Source: an uncultured Deferribacteres bacterium (GTDB taxonomy: Bacteria; Zhuqueibacterota; JdFR-76; DREG01). Taken from it: a DNA stretch of 64,000 bases. Below, piece after piece: positions 20,288 to 29,166 of the stretch; position 1 is the first letter of the stretch, and each line of letters begins with the position of its first letter. The position numbers and the translations under genes were made by a program. Below the pieces are notes generated by a model. That model was given only the letters and a program-made list of their open reading frames with translations. It did no database searches and had not been told where the DNA came from. The stretch is taken from contig CAJVYQ010000022.1 of assembly GCA_913009825.1 (NCBI GenBank), positions 3,870-67,869 of the forward strand. Reading direction: 5' to 3'.

Positions 20288-21403
20288 TTAGGAAAGGATA
20301 TCTTCGACCGGAGTTAATTCCATATTAAAAGCTTCTGCAACGCCGGCATACGTTATTTTTCCCAAAACAACGTTGGCGCCTTTTTTGATCTCTTCATTTT
20401 CCAGAATCGCAGTTTTATAACCCTTGTCGGCTATTTCCACGGCATACGGCAGTGTGGCATTTGTCAACGCGATGGTGGACGTTCTGGGCACCGCGCCAGG
20501 CATATTTGCAACACAATAATGAATCACGCCGTCCACTTCAAAAATAGGATCCTGGTGTGTTGTCGGATGGGATGTTGCGACGGAACCGCCCTGGTCGATG
20601 GCGACATCCACAATTACGGCGCCTTTTTTCATCAGCTTTAACATATCTTTTGTGATCATCTTGGGTGCTTTTGCACCGGGGATGAGTACGCTGCCGACAA
20701 CCAGGTCGGCTGTTTTTAGTAACTCGCGCACATTATGAGAATTGGACATCATGGAAATCACATTTTTCGGCATCACATCGTTGAGGTAACGCAACCGTTC
20801 CAGGCTGATATCCAGAATATAAACTTTGGCGCCCAGACCGGCAGCCATTTTTGCGGCATTGGTGCCGACAACGCCGCCGCCGAGGACAACAACCGTGGCA
20901 GGTTCAACGCCGGGAACACCGCCCAACAGAACGCCGTAACCGCCGTAGGTTTTTTCCAGGTATTTCGCGCCTTCCTGTGCTGCCATTCTGCCGGCAACTT
21001 CGCTCATGGGCGTTAACAGAGGTAAATGGCCATTCTCCTGTTCGACGGTTTCGTAGGTAATGGCAATACAGTTTGATTTGATCATGGCATTGGTCAGTTC
21101 TTCCGAAGCGGCAAAGTGAAAATAAGTAAACAGAATCTGGCCTTCTCTGATTAAACCGTATTCCTGCGGCAGCGGTTCTTTTACTTTCATAATCATATCT
21201 GAAATTTCATACACTTCTTTGGCAGATGAGATAATTTCCGCTCCCGCTTCTTTGTACATTTCATCATCAAAACCGCTGCCGACTCCTGCATTGGTTTCCA
21301 CAACCACCCTGTGACCATGGGCAATCAGCGTTTCCACACCAACCGGCAGCAGGGCAACCCTGTTTTCGCTCGGTTTGATCTCTCTCAACAGTCCAACAAT
21401 CAT
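20288..21403 (-). CDS. ald: Alanine dehydrogenase
   Basis: AlaDH/PNT family motifs (MIVGLLREIKPSENRVAL; NAD-binding VVVLGGGVVGTNAAKMAAGLGAKV). Start set at the ATG giving MIVGLL; the track ORF begins 7 codons upstream. Confidence 0.85.
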   Translation of the reverse strand: MIVGLLREIKPSENRVALLPVGVETLIAHGHRVVVETNAGVGSGFDDEMYKEAGAEIISSAKEVYEISDMIMKVKEPLPQEYGLIREGQILFTYFHFAASEELTNAMIKSNCIAITYETVEQENGHLPLLTPMSEVAGRMAAQEGAKYLEKTYGGYGVLLGGVPGVEPATVVVLGGGVVGTNAAKMAAGLGAKVYILDISLERLRYLNDVMPKNVISMMSNSHNVRELLKTADLVVGSVLIPGAKAPKMITKDMLKLMKKGAVIVDVAIDQGGSVATSHPTTHQDPIFEVDGVIHYCVANMPGAVPRTSTIALTNATLPYAVEIADKGYKTAILENEEIKKGANVVLGKITYAGVAEAFNMELTPVEDILS

Positions 21404-21602
21404 TTTTTCCTCCTTACATGACATTAAGTGAAGATCGTCTTATCCCCACCATTTATTTTTTCTTAGTTCTCACTTTTACTGCTCTTCATTTAAAAAATTT
21501 AATATAGATAATTTTATACAGCTAAACAAGTCAATTCGGCAAATCACAGAAACCCGGAAAGATTTTTTTAAGAGAAGAAACTGAATTTAGCTACTCTTTT
21601 TT

Positions 21603-22493
21603 TCAACGTAAAAACAAAATAGCCACACCGGAAACGGTCAGAACCGTGCCGGAGATTGCCCGAAAGCTAAATCTCGTTCCGTGAATCTTCATTTCGAGGG
21701 GAATGATAAACACCGGCATGAGCGACATCAGTGTAGCGGCCACACCGGTATTTGTATGTTTAATGGCAACCATGGATAACCAAACTCCCAAAAACGGGCC
21801 GAAGAAAGTGCCGCCCAATAAAAACAGGACAGCCCGGCCTTTATCACGGAATAGTTTCACCGGATTTTGTATTTTTCCCATCAAAACCGCTGCCGGCCAG
21901 ATAAACAGCGTTGCCGCCGCCATGCGAATGACCGTAGCTAAAAGCGGATTGATCTCCATTTGCAAAGCTGACTTTGCAATGACCAATCCGATTGCCTGTC
22001 CCAGAGCGGCAAATAATGCGAAGACAACTCCCGGAATTGAAATAGTTTGCGCATGATTTTGATGGTCGGATTTCTTTTCTAACAGAACGAGAAAAACACC
22101 CGATATGGTTACCCCGATACCCGCGGCAGCTATAAAACTTACGCTCTCATGTAAAAATAAAAAGGCAATGATGGCCGCCATGGCGGGTGAGAGTGAAAAA
22201 ACCAGCAGCGCAAGGCGTGCGCCAAGATGAACAAAAGCTTCAAAAAGAAAACTATCTCCGGCCGCCAACCCGATAACCCCGCTTAAGGCCAGCATCCATA
22301 TCTGAAAACGGGTCGCGGTAAAATCGCCAAATAACAGCAGATAAGAACTGAATAACAGAATTAATGCCAGCGGGATGCGCAGCAGATTCACCTGAAATGA
22401 ACCAACCCGTTGCGAGGCGGCCGAAAAGAACATGGCTGTGAATGTCCAGGAAACGGAAGTTGTCAGTGCGGCGATTTCACCAAGGCAGGGCAT
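21603..22493 (-). CDS. EamA/DMT-superfamily transporter
   Basis: Ten hydrophobic segments in two EamA-like halves; 10 bp downstream of the Hsp70-like gene on the same strand. Confidence 0.7.
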   Translation of the reverse strand: MPCLGEIAALTTSVSWTFTAMFFSAASQRVGSFQVNLLRIPLALILLFSSYLLLFGDFTATRFQIWMLALSGVIGLAAGDSFLFEAFVHLGARLALLVFSLSPAMAAIIAFLFLHESVSFIAAAGIGVTISGVFLVLLEKKSDHQNHAQTISIPGVVFALFAALGQAIGLVIAKSALQMEINPLLATVIRMAAATLFIWPAAVLMGKIQNPVKLFRDKGRAVLFLLGGTFFGPFLGVWLSMVAIKHTNTGVAATLMSLMPVFIIPLEMKIHGTRFSFRAISGTVLTVSGVAILFLR

Positions 22494-22503
22494 TTGAAAT
22501 TTT

Positions 22504-24207
22504 TTATTCCAACTCGAACAATTTGTCTAATAGTTTTTCTTTTAGATTTTCTAAATCGTCCGGGTTATTTTTCCGCACGGCATTTTTTATCTTTGCAATT
22601 AACATTTCCAACCGGTCTTTGTCATCACCATCCTGCATTTCTGCCGTCAGCTTTTGTGCCTTATTGATCAGTGTAGTGATTGCGCTGTCGGAAGAGAGAC
22701 CCATGGACAGAATTTTATTCCTGGCTTCCTCTTTTTCGGTTTCCGAAAGTTTGATTTGTGACGTTTTAACGGTGATCTGTTCCTTTTTGCCGCTATCCTT
22801 ATGTGTGGCGGAAACATGAAGGATACCGTTTATATCCAGATCGAACCGGACAATTAGCTCCGCCGGTTTATCATCCAAAGACACGGGGATGTTTTCAAAA
22901 ACAAAAGAACCAAGCAAAATGTTTTTGGATGCTGTTTTATGTTCGCCCTGAAATACATCGATTTCCACCTTAGTTTGCAAAGGGTGCATCGTATAATAAA
23001 CTTCCGATTTAGTAACCGGAATAACGGTATTTTTGCGTAGAATGACGCTGTAACGATCCTCCCGAATATTGCCAAATTCCACTTCAACCACTTCGATGCC
23101 AAGAGAGTAAGGCGTAACATCTACAAGGATTGAGTCCACATTTTCCCCGGCAATGATGGCTGCCTGAATCGCTGCGCCGATGGCCACACATTCATCCGGG
23201 TTGATTTCCGAATGCAGTTCCTTCTCCATCATCTCTTTCACAACTTCTGCAACCAAAGGAATTCTGGTTGATCCGCCTACCATGAGCACTTTTTCAATCG
23301 CCTCCGGTTTCAATTCGGAATCATCCAACGCTGTTTTGATGGAATCAAGCGTGGAACGAACGAGGGGATCGATCATATCATTGAATGAATTGCGGGAAAA
23401 TTCCGTATTAATATGGAGAGATTTGTTTTTTCTTTTCGCGATAAATTCTTCCACAATTTGCGTAAAAGGCTGATCGGAAAGGCTGATTTTTGCTTCTTCG
23501 GCCGCTCTGTTAAGCCTGGCGAAAGATTTCATATCCCCGCTCAGATCGATGTTATGAGTTTGTTCGAAATCCCTGATCAGAAATTCAACAATTTTAGCGT
23601 CAAAATCGTCACCGCCCAGGTGGTTGTTGCCGTGGCTCGCCCGCACTTCAACAATACCCGAATTAATTTCAACAACCGAAACATCAAAAGTACCGCCGCC
23701 CAAATCATAAACCATAACAAGCTGATCTTCTTCTTTATTAAGACTGTGAGCAAGAGAAGCGGCTGTCGGTTCATTTATAATTCTTACAACTTCCAGGCCG
23801 GCAATTTCCCCGGCATCTTTAGTAGCCTGGCGTTGCGCATCGCTGAAATAGGCCGGAACGGTAATTACAGCTCTTTCAACGGACTCCTCTAAAAAATCTT
23901 CGGCAATTTTTTTCAACCGCCGCAGAATAATGGCAGATATTTCCTGAGGTTTGTATTCTTTGTCGCCCAAAAGGATTGTCTCTGCACTGCCCATCTTTCT
24001 TTTAACCGATTTGACTGTCTTTTCCGGAAAAAGAGTGTACTGGTTTTTTGCCGCCTGTCCGACTAACAGTTCTCCGTCGGCAGAAAGGCCTACCACAGAA
24101 GGCACCAAATGTTGGTCGCCATCCGGAATTATTTGCGGAATACCATCCACCACAACTGCCGCTAATGAATTTGTTGTTCCCAAATCGATGCCGATTATTT
24201 TGCTCAT
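22504..24207 (-). CDS. Hsp70-family ATPase (DnaK paralog, 567 aa, short C-terminal lid)
   Basis: Intact actin-fold motifs: phosphate-1 IGIDLGTTNS, connect-1 VITVPAYFSDAQRQATKDAG, phosphate-2 DLGGGTFDVSVV, adenosine VLMVGGSTRIPLV. Start overlaps the upstream gene by 4 bp. Confidence 0.85.
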   Translation of the reverse strand: MSKIIGIDLGTTNSLAAVVVDGIPQIIPDGDQHLVPSVVGLSADGELLVGQAAKNQYTLFPEKTVKSVKRKMGSAETILLGDKEYKPQEISAIILRRLKKIAEDFLEESVERAVITVPAYFSDAQRQATKDAGEIAGLEVVRIINEPTAASLAHSLNKEEDQLVMVYDLGGGTFDVSVVEINSGIVEVRASHGNNHLGGDDFDAKIVEFLIRDFEQTHNIDLSGDMKSFARLNRAAEEAKISLSDQPFTQIVEEFIAKRKNKSLHINTEFSRNSFNDMIDPLVRSTLDSIKTALDDSELKPEAIEKVLMVGGSTRIPLVAEVVKEMMEKELHSEINPDECVAIGAAIQAAIIAGENVDSILVDVTPYSLGIEVVEVEFGNIREDRYSVILRKNTVIPVTKSEVYYTMHPLQTKVEIDVFQGEHKTASKNILLGSFVFENIPVSLDDKPAELIVRFDLDINGILHVSATHKDSGKKEQITVKTSQIKLSETEKEEARNKILSMGLSSDSAITTLINKAQKLTAEMQDGDDKDRLEMLIAKIKNAVRKNNPDDLENLKEKLLDKLFELE

Positions 24208-25439
24208 AAATTTTTCTCCTGTTGTTTTACGACAATTACCTCTGCATATCTAATTATTTGTTGCCCCTTTTTATACCCTTTCAGGTGCTCTCTGCTGATA
24301 TAGCCTGCGGGAATATCCTGATTGTTCTCAACCCCAACCGCAATATGCTGTTGCGGATCAAATTTTCCCCCAACACTGAGAATCGGTCGGACCCCTTCGT
24401 CTTGCAGCACTTTTAATAAGCGCCGGTAGATCAGTTCAAGCCCTTCCCGCCAGGTTTGAACTGCTTCCGGCAACGCTTCATTCCCGGCATTCCGGGACAA
24501 AAATATTTTTTGCCAGAATTTTTTCTCTTTCTGTGTCGAATCGACCGACGAGGATGAAAGTTCTTGTCCGGGAATGGTTGCCAGCGCTTCGGCAAAACCA
24601 TCCAAAACGGGGAGAAGGTTTTTAATCAATTGCAAGTTTGCCCCCGATTTCAACTCGTTTTTAAGATCCAGCAATTCTTTTACCATTTTTTCCGTACGCT
24701 GAATCCGCCGCTGTAAATCCGGAAAAATTTGGTTGTCCGTCTCCTGTTTTGTTTCAAACAGCATGTTGATTTTGTAAATTTCACGTCCGAATTTCTTCAG
24801 GTTTTTTGCCAGGCCGGAAAGTTCCGTTTGAAAAACCGACAAATCCTGCCCAGATAAAAAAGCGCCGACTCGAATAAGTTCGTCTAACCGCTTATCAAAC
24901 AGCTCCCGGGATTTGTTTGTTATGTTTTCTATTTTATCTTCGTACTGTTGGAACAGGGTCGCGCTGATTTCGGGATGATCCCCGGCAATAAGAAGCATTT
25001 CTTTTTTCAAAGAATCGAACCGATCCCGAAGATAACCGATCGCTGCAGTTGAGGAAAGTAGTGTATCCAGCTTGCGCATTTCCCGGAATACAGTGCCGGA
25101 CGGAGAAGATTTTACTGTCCGGGCTATGTATCGAATCATAGTCAGGGTATTATTTTTTACGATCCGTTTTTTATGGAGGAAATGAAAATACCTGCGGAAT
25201 TTGTATGAAATCGTATTCCTGTGTCGGACGGAAAGCTGCAAGGTTCGTTGATAAAAGAAGTCGTCGAAAAGTTCAACCACTCCGTCATTTTTGAAATCAT
25301 AAATATCCCCGGCAGTAAAAAATGCAGTAAACCGTTCCAATTCGTGTTGATATTCGCAACAGGTTCTCTGAGATATGCCGGTTTTTTGTAATTTTTTCAG
25401 AAATAAAGCAACAGTTAATTGTATTTCCACAACGTACAA
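24204..25439 (-). CDS. GrpE-domain protein with a ~120-aa N-terminal extension and central coiled-coil region
   Basis: C-terminus LPVLDGFAEAL...GGKFDPQQHIAVGVENNQDIPAGYISREHLKGYKKGQQIIRYAEVIV fits the GrpE dimerisation helix and beta-domain. N-terminal ~100 aa loosely resembles a tyrosine-recombinase core-binding (SAM-like) domain (weak, by eye). Confidence 0.65.
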   Translation of the reverse strand: MYVVEIQLTVALFLKKLQKTGISQRTCCEYQHELERFTAFFTAGDIYDFKNDGVVELFDDFFYQRTLQLSVRHRNTISYKFRRYFHFLHKKRIVKNNTLTMIRYIARTVKSSPSGTVFREMRKLDTLLSSTAAIGYLRDRFDSLKKEMLLIAGDHPEISATLFQQYEDKIENITNKSRELFDKRLDELIRVGAFLSGQDLSVFQTELSGLAKNLKKFGREIYKINMLFETKQETDNQIFPDLQRRIQRTEKMVKELLDLKNELKSGANLQLIKNLLPVLDGFAEALATIPGQELSSSSVDSTQKEKKFWQKIFLSRNAGNEALPEAVQTWREGLELIYRRLLKVLQDEGVRPILSVGGKFDPQQHIAVGVENNQDIPAGYISREHLKGYKKGQQIIRYAEVIVVKQQEKNL

Positions 25440-25793
25440 CTACTCTGGTTTTATTGTTGAATAGTCTTCACTGAAATCTGTTTTATATAAATCTGAAAAC
25501 AGATATTCGACGGCGATTAAAAAATCCGTAAAAGTAACTTCCGTAAAATAAGAATCCGGATTGTCAGCCTCCGGTGGCAAAATAAAACTCCCTGCCGGTT
25601 CTTTCAGTATGGAAAAATCGGTTTTAACACGAGCCGGTGTGGATTTAATCTGTTCATAAGCATGCCTGATCGTCTTGAATTTTTCCGGTTCCTTTTCGGG
25701 CGGATATTTTCTAACCAGACGAAAATAAGCTTTCTTGATCTCCGGCGGTGAGGCATTTTGAGAAATATTCAGTGTTTTATACGGATCCATCAA
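25440..25793 (-). CDS. J-domain-like protein with non-canonical PPE in place of HPD
   Basis: DPYKTLNISQNASPPEIKKAYFRLVRKYPPEKEPEKFKTIRHAYEQI aligns to J-domain helices II-III, but the HPD tripeptide position reads PPE. 117 aa; abuts the flanking genes. Confidence 0.65.
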   Translation of the reverse strand: MMDPYKTLNISQNASPPEIKKAYFRLVRKYPPEKEPEKFKTIRHAYEQIKSTPARVKTDFSILKEPAGSFILPPEADNPDSYFTEVTFTDFLIAVEYLFSDLYKTDFSEDYSTIKPE

Positions 25794-28045
25794 TTATCCC
25801 CGGAAAATTGTAATTCTTTGAATAAATCCAACTCTTTACGCATTTTTTTGTGCAGATCAAATACATCTTCAAATCGTTCCGACAGACCGGCTTTTTCAGC
25901 CAGGAATTCCGCGGCCAACTTATGTTCTCTTGATTTTTTCGTCTTGTTCTGCAGCATGTAAACGAAACTCAGATCGATATGAGCATAGATATGGTTTGGT
26001 TCCAGTTTAATACATTTTTTGAAATATTTTTCCGCTTCCGGCAGGTCATCGGCTAAGTATTTTTTGCCAATTTTATAATACCATTCTGCATTTTGGGGAT
26101 CGATTGCAAGCGCTTTTTTAAAATAGCTTTTCGCTTTTCGCCTGGATTTTTCGAAAAGCAACTTTCCCAGTTCAATTAACAGCAGAGGGTCGTTTTTTGC
26201 CAATTTCTCCGCTTTGCTTAAAAAGAAATTCGCTTCCCCGGAATGTTCAAATTCCAGGTACGCCTGACCTGCCTCCATATAAACAACAGGATTATCCGGG
26301 TCGGTTTGGACATAGCTCATGAATAGCGATCGCACGGCTTTCAGGTCATCATATTCCTCTAAATAAAGTTGTGCCAATTCAAAATATCCGCCGAAATCGG
26401 CAGGACTTAATTCGATCTGTTGTTTGTATAATTGAACCGCTTTTTCGATATTGTCTTCTTCAGTCCACTGATTATAAGCCAGTTCATTAATCACCGAAGC
26501 AAGCTGCTTTTTTGCACCAACATTGCCCGGATCAATTTCCAGCACTTTGTTCAGCGTTTCAATTGCTTTGGTCTCATTCCATTCCATCTCCTGAACAAAA
26601 GCCAAATCGAGCATTGCCTGAATATTTTCCGGGTCTTTCAGAAGTAAGTTTTCTAATAACCGGCGCGCGCTGCTCCATTTTTCCAAATCTATGAAAGCTT
26701 CCGCCAATTGAATCTGAATTTGTGAATCATCCGGCTTTAAAGCCGCTAATTTTTGCAATACTTTTAACGAACGGCCGGAATTATTACTATTCTCGTAATT
26801 TTCAATTAGATGCCGGTAGGAAACAGTGAGGAATTCTATCCTTGCTTTGTCATCCGGATGTTTGCGAAGTTCATTTTCATGGAACTGACAAACTTTATTC
26901 CAGTAAATATTGGCTCGTTTCGCGTCCGCCAATTTGTCATAAGCGATAGCTACGTTATGAAACGCATTCAAATCTTCTTTGGCACAAGACAACTGCCACA
27001 TATTAAGCGCTTCCTCCCAGTGATTATTTAGCGCCAGATCGTTTGCCTGCAGAAAACAAACCCGCTCAAGATTTGACAGCGTTGCCTGATGATCCGGTTG
27101 CAAAGATAAAATTGCTCTGAACCATTCTTTGCTCTTTTCCCAATCTTTTTTTCGGGCATACTCCAATCCCTTTCGCCACAAAAGAATCATCAGATTACGG
27201 GAGTAGCGTTCAATAGTAAAACCGTTTTTAAACGCCCGCAGCCAATATTTGTCACACAGATCCCGCTCATTTCTTTTCAGATGAAGCAAACCGGTAAAAT
27301 AATAAAGCAGAGAAGTCAGACGTAATTTGTCATCCCCTTTTATCCTCCGGTAACTCATATCGAACCATGTTTTTGATTCTTCCGTTGAACCCTTTTTAAG
27401 GAATAGCAAACCGGTAAAAAATTGTCCGGTTTTTGTTTGGCGCAGGTTTTCCGGGAATATTTCAAAAGGATGCTGCGCGGTTCCGGCTTTCAATTTATGC
27501 AAAACGGAAAGAATCCCGCTTAAAAAAGGTTCAGCACCCGTTTCGGATAATTCAGATAACTTTTGCGTGTGACCGGATTTAAGATAGGCCATGGCAAGAT
27601 GAAAACCATATCTTTTATTTTCCGGTTCCAGTTCGACGGCCTTGCGATAGGCGTTGCGGGCTTTTTTGTCATTGCCCAAATGTTTATAAGCCAAACCGAG
27701 ATGAAAATAAGTAATGGCCTGATTTTCCTGCAAAGAAATCGCCTGGGAAAGTTCTGCAACAATCAAATGATATTTTTGGGCGACATCCCGGTCACGATAA
27801 TAACCAATTCCGAGGCGAAAATGAGCTTCGGCAAACAATGGCGCAAGTTCGACCGGTCTTTGGTGTGTTGGAATTCTGTTCCATTCACCAACAGCCTTCC
27901 GGAATTTCCCTGCTGCAAAATATTTTTTCCCGGCTGTAAAAAGATGGGAATATTTTCCTTTTAATTGAGCAGCGGTGAAATGATTTCCCGTTCCGCCCGG
28001 TTTATCCGTTTGCGCTTGTTCTTTTTTCTTTTTTTTTCTGCTCAT
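25790..28045 (-). CDS. Large TPR-repeat protein (751 aa) with a lysine-rich N-terminus
   Basis: Many TPR-like 34-residue repeats (recurring W-LG-Y/A-P patterns, e.g. AITYFHLGLAYKHLGNDKKARNAYRKAVELEP). First gene of the four-gene minus-strand operon. Confidence 0.8.
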   Translation of the reverse strand: MSRKKKKKEQAQTDKPGGTGNHFTAAQLKGKYSHLFTAGKKYFAAGKFRKAVGEWNRIPTHQRPVELAPLFAEAHFRLGIGYYRDRDVAQKYHLIVAELSQAISLQENQAITYFHLGLAYKHLGNDKKARNAYRKAVELEPENKRYGFHLAMAYLKSGHTQKLSELSETGAEPFLSGILSVLHKLKAGTAQHPFEIFPENLRQTKTGQFFTGLLFLKKGSTEESKTWFDMSYRRIKGDDKLRLTSLLYYFTGLLHLKRNERDLCDKYWLRAFKNGFTIERYSRNLMILLWRKGLEYARKKDWEKSKEWFRAILSLQPDHQATLSNLERVCFLQANDLALNNHWEEALNMWQLSCAKEDLNAFHNVAIAYDKLADAKRANIYWNKVCQFHENELRKHPDDKARIEFLTVSYRHLIENYENSNNSGRSLKVLQKLAALKPDDSQIQIQLAEAFIDLEKWSSARRLLENLLLKDPENIQAMLDLAFVQEMEWNETKAIETLNKVLEIDPGNVGAKKQLASVINELAYNQWTEEDNIEKAVQLYKQQIELSPADFGGYFELAQLYLEEYDDLKAVRSLFMSYVQTDPDNPVVYMEAGQAYLEFEHSGEANFFLSKAEKLAKNDPLLLIELGKLLFEKSRRKAKSYFKKALAIDPQNAEWYYKIGKKYLADDLPEAEKYFKKCIKLEPNHIYAHIDLSFVYMLQNKTKKSREHKLAAEFLAEKAGLSERFEDVFDLHKKMRKELDLFKELQFSGDN

Positions 28046-28391
28046 AAAATGAGATGACCGGTTTGTAAAAAAAGTGCTGTTTAAAAATAAAAATACTGAA
28101 AAATGTTTTTATCAGTACTAAAAATGTTACCCAAAATCGAGCTGTGAGTTAGCAATTAATATAAAAAATAATTCTCCCTTTAACAATAATATTGTTACGT
28201 TTTTACCACATCGTGCATCACCAGAATAAAGAATGCAAAAAACGCAGCCATCCGGCGATAGCTGTGTAGAAAAATTGAACATTTTGAACTCCCTTTTTGT
28301 ATTGGTAGTTAAATTTATAATTGAAAACAGACGGCATAGTCAAATTTAGCAAACTGTTGCCACAATTTGCAGTCGAAAAAGGAGGTTCAAA

Positions 28392-29129
28392 ATGAGAAGA
28401 AAAATATTATTCACGGCCTTTCTCACACTATTTGTATCCTTTTCCTTGCCGGCACAACAGACTTTTGAAAAGGATCTTATTAAAACATCTGCGGGTGATT
28501 TAGAGATCACATTTATCGGTCATGCCGCGTTGATGTTTCAATTTAAAGGTAAAATTATACATATCGATCCGGTAGCAAAATATGCAGATTATTCTCAAAT
28601 GCCCAAAGCGGATCTGATTTTGGTGACACACAAGCATGGAGACCATCTTGATGCCAACGTAATTAAAACATTGACTAAAAAGAATACCCAGATCATTTAT
28701 ACTGGATCCTGTGTACAAAAAGGGGTGAGTGGGATGATTATGAAAAATGGCGACACAAAGACTGTTTTGGGAGTTAAAATCCATGCTGTTCCCGCTTACA
28801 ATCAGGTTCACAAGAGGAAGAACGGACAGCCGTTTCATCCCGAAGGAGTAGGTAACGGCTACATTCTCACCTTCGGCAATAAAAGAGTTTATATCGCCGG
28901 CGACACGGAAAACACACCGGAAATGAAAGCGTTAAAGAATATCGACATCGCTTTTCTACCGATGAATCTTCCTTATACTATGACGCCGGAAATGGTTGCA
29001 GATGCGGCAAAAGCTTTCCAGCCGAAAATTTTGTATCCTTATCACTATGGCAAAACCGATCCGCAGAAATTAGTCGACCTGCTTAAAAATGAACCGGGAA
29101 TCGAAATCAGAATTCGTAGACTGAGATGA
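28392..29129 (+). CDS. Secreted MBL-fold metallo-hydrolase
   Basis: Signal peptide; metallo-beta-lactamase metal-binding motif THKHGDHLD and downstream D/H ligands. Confidence 0.75.
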   Translation: MRRKILFTAFLTLFVSFSLPAQQTFEKDLIKTSAGDLEITFIGHAALMFQFKGKIIHIDPVAKYADYSQMPKADLILVTHKHGDHLDANVIKTLTKKNTQIIYTGSCVQKGVSGMIMKNGDTKTVLGVKIHAVPAYNQVHKRKNGQPFHPEGVGNGYILTFGNKRVYIAGDTENTPEMKALKNIDIAFLPMNLPYTMTPEMVADAAKAFQPKILYPYHYGKTDPQKLVDLLKNEPGIEIRIRRLR

Positions 29130-29166
29130 AATAATTGGTTGCAACTTCGCAAAGAATCAGAATGGG

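Noticed and set aside
22442-23892. + strand ORFs of 125 and 159 aa overlapping the Hsp70-like gene
   Set aside because: Antisense to a gene with intact Hsp70 ATPase motifs; low-complexity translations.
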